A stretch of DNA of 63,896 bases, counting the filler, from Reticulomyxa filosa (taxonomy: Eukaryota; Protista; Foraminifera), in assembly GCA_000512085.1 (NCBI GenBank). It is 17 parts of 17 records of this genome, joined end to end, with 100 filler letters (N's around TTAATTAATTAA, not from the genome) between each part and the next. Parts side by side here need not be neighbours in the genome. Positions count along the whole stretch, not along the records: positions 25,638 to 30,169 come from ASPP01007470.1; positions 30,270 to 33,909 come from ASPP01006670.1; positions 34,010 to 37,797 come from ASPP01024218.1; positions 37,898 to 40,065 come from ASPP01004506.1; 13 more parts are not named here. The stretch is one strand, 5' to 3'. Made by a program: the position numbers and the translations under genes. The notes under the pieces were generated by a model. That model did not search any database, was not told the origin of the DNA, and worked only from the letters and a program-made list of their open reading frames with translations. Positions within the stretch are counted from its first letter, which is position 1; the number at the start of each line of letters is the position of its first letter. Below, in pieces: positions 26,845-38,834 of the stretch.

Positions 26845-27538
26845 CACGAAAAAAAAAAACATTGTTTGTTGCAATGAACAATAATATGAAACTAATCAAT
26901 ATCCATATTCTATGTCTGTTGGTAGTTTGTTGAAATGGGCACCGAACAATTCACCGTGTTAAATGAAGTGTTAGTGACTCGAGGCCCTTTTGCGTCGATG
27001 ATCACAGTGCAACTGTTCGTGGATGGTGAACAGGTCACCACGGTCAATGCCGATGGGCTAATAATAGCCACCCCTACAGGTAGTACTGCCTACAGTGTCA
27101 GCGCAGGAGGCTCGTTGGTGTCACCACTTGTACCCAGCATTTGCATTACTCCCATTTGTCCTCATACGCTGTCGTTTCGACCGGTCATTGTGCCTGACAC
27201 TTCCATCATACAAATACGGGTCCCTGAGAAGGCCAGATACTTGCCCATTGTTCAATTTGACGGTGGAGCCAACACTGTACAATTACAGAAAGGAGATGTT
27301 GTTGAAATTGTTGGCAGTGAATATCCGTTGCCCACCTTCAAACAGCATGCATTTGGAGCTGAATGGTTTTCTCAGCTTAGGTATCTCTCGTCTCACTCTG
27401 TTCTTTTTTTTTTTTTTCTTCCCCCCTCTTTGAATCGAACATGTTCAATTCTATTTGCAAAATTGTTATGCTATGCATTGAATGAACTACAGGAGTAAAT
27501 TCAATTGGAACATTCGAGAAGAACAAAAGCCTATGTAA
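25754..27538 (+). CDS. NADK: ATP-NAD kinase, 5'-partial, at least 4 exons
   Basis: CLGGDGTLL, GSLGFLT, VLNE, ADGLIIATPTGSTAYSVSAGGS, ITPICPHTLSFRP, FDG, last exon SKFNWNIREEQKPM*. Confidence 0.95.
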
Positions 27539-28178
27539 CTTTGCATTTGACCCGTTTTTTTGTGGTGTCGTTGCTTTTAATTTGTTTCTGTGTATGATGG
27601 TATCTTTTCATTTGTTATTTTTTTGTATTTCAATGGAGTCTCGGGGATGATTTAGTCTTTCGGTGTCTGATGTTGTGAAGAATTGCGGTTGTTTTTTTTT
27701 GTGCCTACAATTGAAAAAGCAAAATACAGACAATTGATCAGGTTCTTCACACCTGAAATATCACAACGTATATTTTTTGATGGTGTTAAAAAAAAACAAG
27801 GCTTCTTATCAGCAAAAAGCGTATAGAGACATCAAAAAATGAGAATACTTGGTCGCAAACAAAAATTAAGTAATTTGTTGGACGGTTAATAAAATAAAGG
27901 TCAAAACAACATTTACATTAATAAAGTATTGTTACAACAAATTTTATTTTCTGATGGGAAGTGTTAAAAAGACAAAATTCAAATAATTTAACAAATGAAC
28001 AAAAAAAAAAACATGTGACTATCAAACTGTTTCAGACAAAAAAAAGGGTCATTGTGTCAATAAATCATCAACTGGCACAGTATTTTACGGAAAAATTTTG
28101 TCAGAAATTTCCGAATCTTTCAGACAAAATAAAACAAAGAAAAATATTTCATAATGCCACTCTCATAGCAATTAATGT

Positions 28179-28883
28179 TTATTTCACGCACCAACCAAAA
28201 TCTTGTTGCATTTGTTCAAGAACATTGCGTAATTTATATGCCACTTCAGCATTATTGCAAATAATGATAGCAGAACGGTTACCCCCTAGAGCATTGGAAG
28301 AACCGAGTACACGCAGACTCAAAACTTCTCCTTCGATGGAATGCTCTTTCATAGCATTAGCTATAATTTTGAGCATTCTTTCTCTTTCAAGATTAAGTGT
28401 TAAGTTTGTAAGTTTAATGCTTGGTGCGCTTTGATGTTTTATAGGAGTTGAAGGAACATATTGACTGAGCACACTGTTAATATCTTGGACTTTGTTCAGG
28501 CCGCCTTTTTTTGCAAATTCCTTCATTTTTGTCCGACTCCGCATATACCATGTTTTACTGCTTTCATCCATTCCATTTACATTATAACCAGAAAGTGGAA
28601 TGAAATTTTCGTTTTTGCTTTCGATTTCAATTGATCTATCAACATACATCACATCTGATATTGACAAGTTTCGCTTAGGCTGTGCTTTTTCTTTCTCGTT
28701 TTCTTCTTCTGCAGTGTCTTCGCCAAAGAAATCGTCGTCGTTCTTGCGGAAACTGTAGCTGTTGCTTCGACGACATTCTATAAGTAATGGATGAAACACT
28801 GCCCCATTCAATAATGCACTATTTCTCCATTTTAAGAATATAAAATGCGAATTTATGACTTTTTTTAGCAATGATCGTGTCAT
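28179..28883 (-). CDS. Hypothetical protein; basic N-terminus (possible mitochondrial leader), possible degenerate RRM at C-terminus
   Basis: 234-aa ATG-initiated ORF; SIKLTNL…EVLSLRVL…RSAIIICNNAEVAYKL fits an RRM-like beta/alpha pattern. Confidence 0.55.
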   Translation of the reverse strand: MTRSLLKKVINSHFIFLKWRNSALLNGAVFHPLLIECRRSNSYSFRKNDDDFFGEDTAEEENEKEKAQPKRNLSISDVMYVDRSIEIESKNENFIPLSGYNVNGMDESSKTWYMRSRTKMKEFAKKGGLNKVQDINSVLSQYVPSTPIKHQSAPSIKLTNLTLNLERERMLKIIANAMKEHSIEGEVLSLRVLGSSNALGGNRSAIIICNNAEVAYKLRNVLEQMQQDFGWCVK

Positions 28884-29233
28884 TTTCTCTTTGTTTTTGT
28901 TTTGCTTTCCCTTTCGTCGTATTGTTAAAAATTTTGAGTGCTTGTCTTTCGATTAATTTGAGTTTCTTTTTTTGATTGATTTCGTTTTTTTACAAAAATA
29001 TCTTTTCAATTGATACGTGGCACTTGGAATGAATTGAACAATTAATTCAATCAGGTCTTTACACAGTCATTTTAATGTCAACAAGATATGCTAAATTGAG
29101 AACTTTTCAAAGTCGTTAAGACAACTAAATGTACAGTACAATTTATCTTACAAACAATTTTGTATGATTTGGATAGGAAGAAAAAAAAAAGTCTAAACGT
29201 GCCGGGGACAAAAAAAACGCAAAAGTAAATAAT

Positions 29234-30097
29234 ATGGCCAATACAACACAAAAACATGCACGTCAAATGCATGGTACAAATCCACAATGGTTGGTGGATA
29301 AAATGATACGAGGGAAAGTGTATGATAGTTTATACTGGAAAGAGCATTGTTTTGCGCTAACAGCAGAGCTGTTGATAGAGAAAGTGATAAAACACGTACG
29401 CTATGTTGGCGGAATGCACGGGGGCATGAAGCGCCCCTGCGAATTTTTATGTCTGTTGATAAAACTACTGCAAATTCAGCCCAAAAAGGAGATAATAATT
29501 GAGTTTATCAAACAAAAAGAGTTTAAGTATTTGCGAATATTAAGTGCATTTTATTTCCGATTAATTTACGACAGTGTGGAGATCTATACGTATTTGGAGC
29601 CATTGTTGAATGATTACCGCAAAATAGTTGAAATTGACAGAAACGGCAAGTTCCATTTGACACATGTGGATGAAATAATCGATCAATTTTTGCAAGAGAG
29701 ATTTCTGTTTGGAATAAACTTGCCACATTTGATCGACAGAAGTGTTTTGGAAAAAAATGGACAATTGAAGTTGCGAAAATCCAAACTGTTGGAATTGGAG
29801 AAAATCGATTTGGATCAAATCATTCAACAGTTTGAAACTTTGGAACATGATGAAACCACCGAACGTTCCAACCAAGACGACGCCCCTGTCAGTCATGACC
29901 ACAATGTCTCCACCTCTGAACATGCAAATGAAAGAGACGACGCAATGGATGTCTCCAAACACACTGATCACAACAGTAAAAGCAAAAGCAAAAGCAGAAG
30001 TAAGACCAAAAGTAGAAGCAAAAGTAGGAGTAGAAGCAGAAGTAGACATAGAAACAGAAATAGAAGCAGGAGCAGAAACAAAAACGGAAATCGTTGA
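29234..30097 (+). CDS. PRP38: Pre-mRNA splicing factor Prp38 (PRPF38A-like) with RS-type tail, intronless
   Basis: MANTT…HGTNPQWLVDKMIR…YWKEHCFALTAE…FLCLLIKLLQIQP…FKYLRILSAFYFRL…LEPLLNDYRK…HVDEIIDQFL; C-terminal SR/SK repeats. Confidence 0.95.
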   Translation: MANTTQKHARQMHGTNPQWLVDKMIRGKVYDSLYWKEHCFALTAELLIEKVIKHVRYVGGMHGGMKRPCEFLCLLIKLLQIQPKKEIIIEFIKQKEFKYLRILSAFYFRLIYDSVEIYTYLEPLLNDYRKIVEIDRNGKFHLTHVDEIIDQFLQERFLFGINLPHLIDRSVLEKNGQLKLRKSKLLELEKIDLDQIIQQFETLEHDETTERSNQDDAPVSHDHNVSTSEHANERDDAMDVSKHTDHNSKSKSKSRSKTKSRSKSRSRSRSRHRNRNRSRSRNKNGNR

Positions 30098-30309
30098 ATT
30101 CAACATTATTTCAAAATTGTCTTTTTTTTTATTTCCTTTAAATTGCTAATAGTCCGCAAAAAAAAAAAANNNNNNNNNNNNNNNNNNNNNNNNNNNNNNN
30201 NNNNNNNNNNNNNTTAATTAATTAANNNNNNNNNNNNNNNNNNNNNNNNNNNNNNNNNNNNNNNNNNNNCTCTCTCTCTCTTTCTAAATGTAGTTCTATA
30301 TAAAGTGTA

Positions 30310-30801
30310 ACAGCAGTGCATTGTGCAATCAAATCAGCAAAGTCTTTTCCAAAAGGATTTGCTCGCGTGCGATAAGATGTCACTCCAACACCTGCGACAG
30401 TTTGAAAAGGATACGTGGACTTTTCCAACATAGGAGGCTGTCCATAAGCCATTTCCAACGCGCACACGCCGAAGCTGTAGACGTCGCCGCTGAACCACAC
30501 TGAACTCCAAGATGTATTTCTCCCGTCGCTGTTGTATATGCCATCCTTGAAATTGTCATTGTTCCCATTGCTGTTATAACAATTGCTACTCAAGTTTGTG
30601 TCCTTCGTGTGTCCGTTGTTGTCGTTGTGCTCATGGTTTGTTTTGCTGCTCTTTGTCTGTTTTTTTCATTGTCGTTGTCGTCATTGTCGTTGTCATCTTT
30701 TCGATAGCTTGGATTGTCCTTATTGTCATTGTTGCTATTGTTGTTGTTATTCTTATTTTTGTTATTTATTGTATCATTGTTGTGATTATAATTTATATTA
30801 C

Positions 30802-30891
<90 letters not shown>

Positions 30892-32015
30892 GCTATTGTT
30901 ATTGTTGTTATTATTATTATTGCTACTGCTATTAACATTATCATGTATGATACTGTGGTGGTCAGAGTGAAGATGATCATCACTATGACTCTCTCGAATC
31001 GATGGCTCCAATCGATGATCAGGAGGCTCTGTCCCATCTGTTGCTAAGGCTCCAGCTACTTTTTGCTGAACTGTATAACTATGCTCACTAGTCGCATCCT
31101 CCCAATCACTTATATCTTCCTCCATTTCCAAATGTAATATCTCTGGATCTGTATATGCACGGTGATTGCTGTGGCTAAATGCATTTCTAATTTCATTTTT
31201 TTTTTTGAAAAAAAACATAATTTTCATTTTCATTATTATTATTATTATTTTTCTTCCCCCCCTTTCCCTCTCCCCCTTTTGGAATTTAAAAAACTCAAAT
31301 AAATAATAAATTATCGAGTTTAAAAAAAAAAAAACCTGTCGCAAATATCCTGAAAGTCTTCCCATAGACACAATTTAGTGACTCCAGTGTCTTTACACAG
31401 ATACAAAGAGGTTGGGTGAATATGACGATGACACATATTTCGACGGTGAAGGAAACTCATGCTTATGGCCACGTCCAACAAAATACGTGCGACACAAGAC
31501 ATATCTGTTATCCCATTGGGGTAATACGTGGAAATTAAATCACTCAACGGATATCCACAGATATAAGGGAACACCATCCACCACTCATTGAACTTTATAT
31601 TAGGAAATGCTGTCACTGGACTCCATATACTTTCCATATTTATTCGACTCATTAACTCCATTGATTTCATCCATGTACTTGCTTCTGACATTTCTGTGTC
31701 ACTCATTAACTGAATTACTTTTTATTTGTTTTTTTTTTTTCTTTTTTGGTACATTGCGTTGGAAATCAATCACAATCACACATACATATTATATGTGTTT
31801 TTTTTTTTATTAAAATTTTTTTTTTTTTGTTTCCCCTTTGTCGTTTTGTTGGGACTCTCTGAACTTTTAATGATCACATTAATATCTTGCGCTTGACAGT
31901 ATGCCAAGATTAACCAAATTGTTCCTGAGGCACTTATTGTGCCTTTCCATTCGTACCCACTAGAATTAATGGGATATACTGAGGAGTCTTCATGTTCTTT
32001 CACAGCAATACTCAT
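30310..32015 (-). CDS. STE20-family (OSR1/SPAK/STRAD-like) pseudokinase, 3'-partial
   Basis: Exons 32015-31865, 31717-31336, 31186-about 30310. YPINSSGY, VIIK, WMVFPY, DLISTYYPNG, HRHIHPTSL, YTDPE, DVYSFGVCALEMAYGQPP. Two apparent 1-nt slips inside the Asn-rich insert. Confidence 0.8.
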
Positions 32016-32627
32016 ATTTTTGTCCACAATGTTTGTTTTTTTTCTCCTCCTGATTGTTCAAAAGAAAAAAAAGCCCTTGTACAGCCGTAAAGTTAGGCTT
32101 TTTTTCTGTTTCACAAATACACTCTTTTTAAAGCCAACAATCACCACAAGCATTAAAGAAAGAAGATTTAAAAGATTTTAATTTTCAAACTAAATATTAT
32201 TTCTGTTTTTTTGATACGTAGATTGAGTGTCCGTGAAAATATTTAGGTATAGCCTTAAAACGGTTGTTTAATCCTGTTTTAGCAATTTGATACTACGCAT
32301 ATCTTCTTTTAAATCAATGATAGATTGAAGTACAAATTCATCACAGTAGAAGTATAACAACTTTATCTATTTTTAACTTTTTTTAAATAACATTCCTTTT
32401 TAATTTCACTTGCGATATCTGTCCAAAAAACAAGCAAAAAAAGGGACGTTGTCACTAAGTTGAACGACAAAGCCCCTTTTTCAAAGCGAAGGTGTTGGTA
32501 GAATTTAGTTTTGGCAAAAATTTTAAATTTGGATCCAAAGTTTTTTTTTGGATTTCAGTTGGAGCAAGAAAGAAATTTAAGTGAGGGTGAAAGACCAGAC
32601 CACATAAAACTTTATTGAAAAAAGAAA

Positions 32628-33909
32628 ATGGCAAGTGCATATCAGTATTTGGAGCTGGTCAAGGCCACTTTCAAAAACCAACCTGGAGTATACGAGCAAT
32701 TTTTGGAAATTATGAAATCATTCAAAGAGGACAGGTATATGACAGTTTATGTTGATTGGTTTTTATTTTTTTTTTTTGTAAAAAAAATTTTTTTAAAAAA
32801 AAAGATTGAGCTCAAGTGTAGTAATTGCGAAAGTGAGTGAACTATTTAAAGGTCATTTAGATTTGTTGGAAGGGTTTCAATTATTCATTCCATCGAATGG
32901 GAATGGAAATGCACAAAATGGTAACGAAGAAAAGAGCAATGGAGGATACTCATCCGCAAATGTGGCGACGTTGGCCCACGTCACAAACACAGCAAGTCCA
33001 GCACTGGCAATCCCAGTGATGGGTTCGCTTGCAATACCAGTGCCCCAACGACGGACTTTGAGTTATTTATTATTATCATTATTATTATTTGTTTATTCCA
33101 TTTATTTGTAAATTTATTTTTTAAAAAAAAAAAGTGATGTTCGCTATTGCCATGTAATCGTAAACTTTTTTTTTTTTTTTTTTGTACCTTGTATAGTGGC
33201 TGGATATTCTACTTCACCAGCGCAATTGGCTGGAACAGGTTCATTTTTTTTTTTTTCCAACAGAAATATGACATTTAATTTTGAATTTTTTTTTGTGTTG
33301 TGATTTCATCTCAGTATTGTATTGTCGTTATAATTTGTTGTTGTAATTGTGATTGTTGGTGATGAGTGTAGTCGCTTCAGCTGCCGCATTGTCTTGTCCG
33401 CCGAGTGTTGTAGTAATAAACAGCAACAACAGTAGTGGACACCCTGTGATCGCAAGTCCTAGCCCTTTTCGCAATATCGATGTTCACGCCGCCAGCAGTG
33501 GTTATCATCTCAATTCCAATGGACACACCACCGCTGTCATTTTGAACACTGGCAATAGCAACAGTGCCACTGGAGGTGGTGGCAACAGCAGTAACGCAGC
33601 TGTTGGAAATAGTAATAGCAATAGTGGTGGTGGTATCAATATCAGCACTGGCAACAACAATAACAGCAATAACAACCATAACAGCAATAACAATCATAAC
33701 AATCATAACAACAATAACAATCATAACAACAATAACAACAATAACAATCATAACAGCAATAACAACCATAACAACAATAACAATAACAACCATAACAACA
33801 ATAACAACAATGTTGACAATAATCGTGGCTATAGTCCCATTGGTAATGGTACACGCAATCATAACACCGAGACACTTCCTCCTCCGCCTCCTCCTCCTCC
33901 TCCTCCTCC
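32628..33909 (+). CDS. PAH-domain protein (Sin3-like co-repressor), 3'-partial
   Basis: AYQYLELVKATFKNQPGVYEQFLEIMKSFK…VIAKVSELFKGHLDLLEGFQLFIP across intron 32735-32804; followed by Asn/His and Pro tracts. Confidence 0.85.
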
Positions 33910-34009
33910 NNNNNNNNNNNNNNNNNNNNNNNNNNNNNNNNNNNNNNNNNNNNTTAATTAATTAANNNNNNNNNNNNNNNNNNNNNNNNNNNNNNNNNNN
34001 NNNNNNNNN

Positions 34010-34331
34010 CTCAGGGTGGAAAATGGCCGCAAAAGGGCCGTTTTTTACATCATCAATTACGTTCGGTTCCAAATCAACCTATTTTTTCTTGTGAGTTATA
34101 CGTAACACGGAAAAACGAATCGCAAATAGAGCACTTAACTGCAAGATTACGAGGAACAAATTGTCCACTACCTGTCTCTTCAAAGAAAACCTTAAAAGAG
34201 TCATCCTTTCCTGCGCTCTCTTTTCTCTTGCCACCGTTGTCAATTGCGTGTTCTGCGCAATATTGCTCCCAGATGGCGTTTCCTAGTTGTATACCGGCTT
34301 GGCCGACTTCAATTGTGAGAACTTCTCTCAT
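34010..34331 (-). CDS. Alpha-tubulin, divergent type, 5' part only
   Basis: MREVLTIEVGQAGIQLGNAIWEQYCAEH…FFEETGSGQFVPRNLA, intron 34139-34079, then [23 protein letters not shown]. Confidence 0.92.
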
Positions 34332-35069
34332 TTTATTTGTAAAAAAAACAACTAAAGGACACTAAAAAAAAACCGAACGAACGAACAAAAAAAAAAGGAA
34401 CCCAAAAACTCCCCTTCTTTTAAAAACTAAAGGGTTCTTCCAGCTTGAGACTAAACAACACTGTTGTTTCATAAAACTTACAAAAAAAAACTTTTTCAAA
34501 TACTCTTTGGCGTAATAATTAACTACGAAAAAGGAGAAACTTTAAAGAAAAGCCAACATTAAATTTGTAACATCATGAACTGATTTGACCGTTATTTGCT
34601 TTTTTACTCAAAGATTATAAACATCTTACTTTATCAAAGGAACCCATTGAATGTTTTTCATGAAAATGTGTACTGTACATGAAGCGATATGATTTAACAT
34701 TCAAACAATTGCGAATCCTATTATTTTAAAAAATTACGTTGTATCTATATTTGTATTGCATTTACACTTTTTTTAGAAAATGCTACACCTAGCACGAGGT
34801 AAATGTAACACGGTTGAGTTTGTCAAATAATAACTTCTTTGTTTGTCCTCAATAGAGCAGCTTCCTTTGAAAATTAATTTATTGTGAAACATTTGTTGAA
34901 ATGTTTGTACACATGAAAAAAAATTTGATGTAAATTTTGGTGTTCACATTGAGTTTCACAACGCGCTCTTGCAGTACACCAATGATTTTATTTTTGTACA
35001 CAATGTAACAACCCTCAGCGCAGCTTTGGAAAAGTAACAAAGTAAACGACTGACAGGTGTTACAAACAA

Positions 35070-35822
35070 TTAGAATTTTCTTCTTGGATGCGCCAAAAAT
35101 TCCATCAAATCTCGTTTCATTTTGGTCAAGCATCTTTCCAAATGAGTCATGTGATCTGCTAAATTGTCTGGCCTATGCTTGGCATACACGCTGAGCGTTT
35201 TTTTCGGCCTCTTGTAACTGCCAGCGCAATGCTTCCTTGAACTTTTCAGCAAGATCTTTGTCTTGTGGTGTTTCGTCAAAATAATTACTGTCAAAGAACG
35301 CTTCCTGGTATTTGGATACTCCACCCATGACAGCTGCATCCAACACTCCATTTACACTCATGGACAAGGATCTAATGTCATGAGTCGGATCATTTTCACA
35401 AGCCTCGACAAGTTTAATGAGTTCTTGCGCTTTGGTGTTCAAATTGTTGACTGCTGTTTGTAAAGGAAACAAGGTCTTTGAAATTTGCTTTACGACAGGA
35501 ATACGTCTGCGAATAGAAGGGATGATTTCTTCCGCAATCACAAAAACTTGTGTGATCCATAAATTTCGGAATTCTCCTTTTTTTTCTTTTTGAGTTTGTC
35601 TTGATATGTGAAATAAAATGTGTTTAATTCCATTTCTCGGTAATATTGCTTCATTCGCAATGGAGCTTTTGTCTTTTCCCATTTGAAATCTCCTCTGTCC
35701 ATCTCTTCCGGAGAAGAAGGATTAAGTTTGGCAACGCGAATATATTGGCCTTTGAAATCAGGTGATTCATTTTCAGCAGGGACAGGATCGGAAGAATTGA
35801 CAACTTTGGCTTGAATTTTGAC
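35070..35822 (-). pseudogene. Orphan, frameshifted DOCK-family GEF DHR-2 C-terminal fragment
   Basis: NLWITQV…PLQTAV…LSMSVNGVLDAAVMGGVSKYQEAFF matches DHR-2 lobes B/C; several frameshifts; the next gene starts only about 220 bp upstream, leaving no room for the rest. Confidence 0.75.
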
Positions 35823-36045
35823 TTTTATACAAAAGTAACATCAAATTATTTCAACTTCAATGCGATAAACAAACAACTAATTTGAATATTTTTTTTGCTT
35901 TTATCCCCAAATTCGAATTAGTACAGTCTCCAGAACACGACGCAATTGTATTCACTAAAAAAATTTTGAAAAAAAACTTTGCAAAATCAATATCAGAAAA
36001 AGAATAAATAAATTTTTAAAAACCCAAAAAAGTCTGAATAGAAAA

Positions 36046-37797
36046 ATGAGTGGAGTAGAAGATGAGAAAACTCCAAAAGAAATACAAACTGGAGTGACTT
36101 CAGTTTCTTTTGAACAGTCTTGCTTCGATAAAGATTGGATATTGCAATTGAACCAGCCAGAGCAAATTGACAATTTTATTTGTTTAATTTGCAAAAAAGT
36201 TGCTAACAATCCTATCGAAATCAGCTGTCCACAGCACAAAGATATGGATGCATCACCTGTTGTCGGTGAACACTGCTTGAAGCAATTTTTGAATATCAAC
36301 CCTAATTCCTGTCCTGTTCAATCCCATGACGGTTGTATATACGCTCAAACTAAGATCGTACAACGATGTATTGATGCCCTGAAAGTGGTTTGTCCATTAC
36401 AATTTCAACAAGACTCACAAGTATCCTCTCAAGGAGAGCAACAAAGAGGAGGAGAAAATGAGAGAGTAATGTGTAATTTTAAAGGAAAAATCAAAGACTT
36501 GAATGACCATTTCAATAATGTTTGTCCTTTGAAATCCTTTGGTTGTTTGTATAAGCCATTTGGATGTGAACACAATTGTCCTAAACGTCAATTACAAAAT
36601 CATTTGTGTTCGGAAGTAATATTTCATTTTGATTTGGCTGTGAAAGTTGTTGGAGCGTTGCAAGTTAATTATTATTATTTTCTTTCTTTTTGGAAATATA
36701 CAAACACAACCAATAACAACACAATAAAATAGGAAGAGATTAAACAATTGAAATTACAAATACAATTGAATAAAAAAAATAAAGATGAAATAGTTGAATT
36801 GAAAGAAAAAGAATTAGTGGAGAAAGACAATGAAACGAAGAGGGTTCAAAGGGAATCACAGCAAGAGTTACTTAAACTTCGTGCTGATATCGAAATTACG
36901 AAAAAAGATTTCGTTGAAAAAGAAAAACACTATAATGAGTCCATCAAGATATTGCAAGAAAAAAACGAGAAGCTCACACAAGATATTCAAAAACTTTCCA
37001 ACAAAGAAGAACGAAAAGATGATGACAGTCTTTTCTCTTCTAATTTTAAACCTTCTTTTCCTTTTGCTTTATTTTCTTCATCGTCCAAATTGCTCAAGAC
37101 ACTCAGTGGACACACTAGCAGAGTGTTTAGTATTGACTATTCAACACTTGATGGTCAATTCATTTGTTCTGGATCAGAAGATAAAACAGTTCGTATATGG
37201 GATGCAGAGACCGCCAAACAAATTCAATTATTCGATAAACATCAATATGTTGTGTATTGTGTGAAATTTTCACCTTATCATTATCATAATCATCGTCGTA
37301 ATGTCATTTGTTCTTCAGCAAACAAAAAAACCATTCGTTTTTGGGATTTCAAAAAAAATGAACAGCTTCAAATAGTCAATGGACACAATAACAGTGTTAC
37401 TTGCATTAAATTCTCACCAGTTAATAGTGGTCGATATTTGTGTTCTGGAGCACGGGATAAAACAATTCGTTTATGGGATATTGAAACATCCAAATCATTA
37501 CATGTGTTCAATGGACATGAAGATAGTATTTGGTGTGTTGATATTTCACCACTGCAAAGCAATAACAATAATAAAAGTAATAGTATTGGTGTGATTGGTG
37601 GTAATGGATATACTATTTGTTCTGGATCAAAGGATAAAACCATTCGAATATGGGATATTGAAACAACCAAACAATTAGATGTATTCAAAGGACATACGGA
37701 TTTTGTAAGAAGTGTTAAATATGGACCAAATGAATTAGGAATTAATGGTGGTCCAAATACAATATTATCTGGATCAAATGATAAAAGTGTTCGTTTA
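36046..37797 (+). CDS. RING-like/TRAF zinc finger, coiled coil, WD40 repeat protein (expanded family), 3'-partial
   Basis: Exon 1 36046-36663 carries Cys/His fingers; intron 36664-36732; exon 2 has coiled coil then GH…CSGS.DKTIR.WD repeats. Confidence 0.9.
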
Positions 37798-37940
37798 NNN
37801 NNNNNNNNNNNNNNNNNNNNNNNNNNNNNNNNNNNNNNNNNTTAATTAATTAANNNNNNNNNNNNNNNNNNNNNNNNNNNNNNNNNNNNNNNNNNNNGGG
37901 GGGGGGGGGGGGGGGGGGGGGAAAAAAAAAAAAAAAAAAG

Positions 37941-38834
37941 AATGAACTTCAACAAATGGAGGGAATTACTTGATGATATCTGTCGTGAGAGTCCTTTGTT
38001 ATCTCCCTTAAAGGTTCCTGAAGACATTCTTGATACGCTTGGTTATTTCTGCGTTGTTATGTTTTGTTTTGTATATTGACAAAAAAAAAAAAATTAAATT
38101 TGCTGTGTCGTAATCTTCATTATCTTACTTTGTGGGCTGGACTGAATTGGGGACGGGGGGGGGGGAAAAAAAAAAAGCTATGGCATCCCGTACGCGATGT
38201 AATGCCAAACCAAGAAGTCATGCTCGAGAATTGTCATGATGGAGATGTAACTATCGAGGCACCGAAAATAAAGGTTTTAAATGTCAAAAATTGCTCCGAT
38301 TTAAAAATACGTTTTCATGTGGCTGTTGTCGCTGCACAATTCCATAATTGCTCAAACATTCAAGTTGAGCAGTCTATACAATAAATGGACTTTATTTTTA
38401 TTTCTTACCGGATCTGTGAGAAAAAAATACTCTTCTCAAACACTTTGTATGTCATATACAAGATTCAATGCTTAGAACAATGCGGTACTTATCGGTTTGA
38501 TGCGTGTAGCGATTGCAAAGTGGTATTCAATGACTCAGGTGCTTCAATCGTTTTCTATGTGTTTGATTCCACCAATACAGAGCTGCGTGTCCAGAATATA
38601 CTTTGGGAAATTAGTGCCAATCCAGATCCAAATGATCCTGAAGCTACTCCCAATGGGTTGTTCAAGCATCATACTGGGGATGGGATTCATCCTTATATTA
38701 CTCATAAACCTCTAAATATGAACTTTTCCGTACCTCATGATCCTTCCACTGATTTAACACGTGTTAGTGTTAGATGGAGACCTTCGGATGTTGTTCGGTT
38801 CAAATGGCGTCAATTTACTCGAACAGAGAAATAA
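37941..38834 (+). CDS. 3' part of a protein with a C-CAP/cofactor-C-like beta-helix
   Basis: Repeating LENCHD, VKNCSD, FHNCSN, FDACSD motifs over exons at about 38179-38363 and 38464-38834. Confidence 0.6.
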
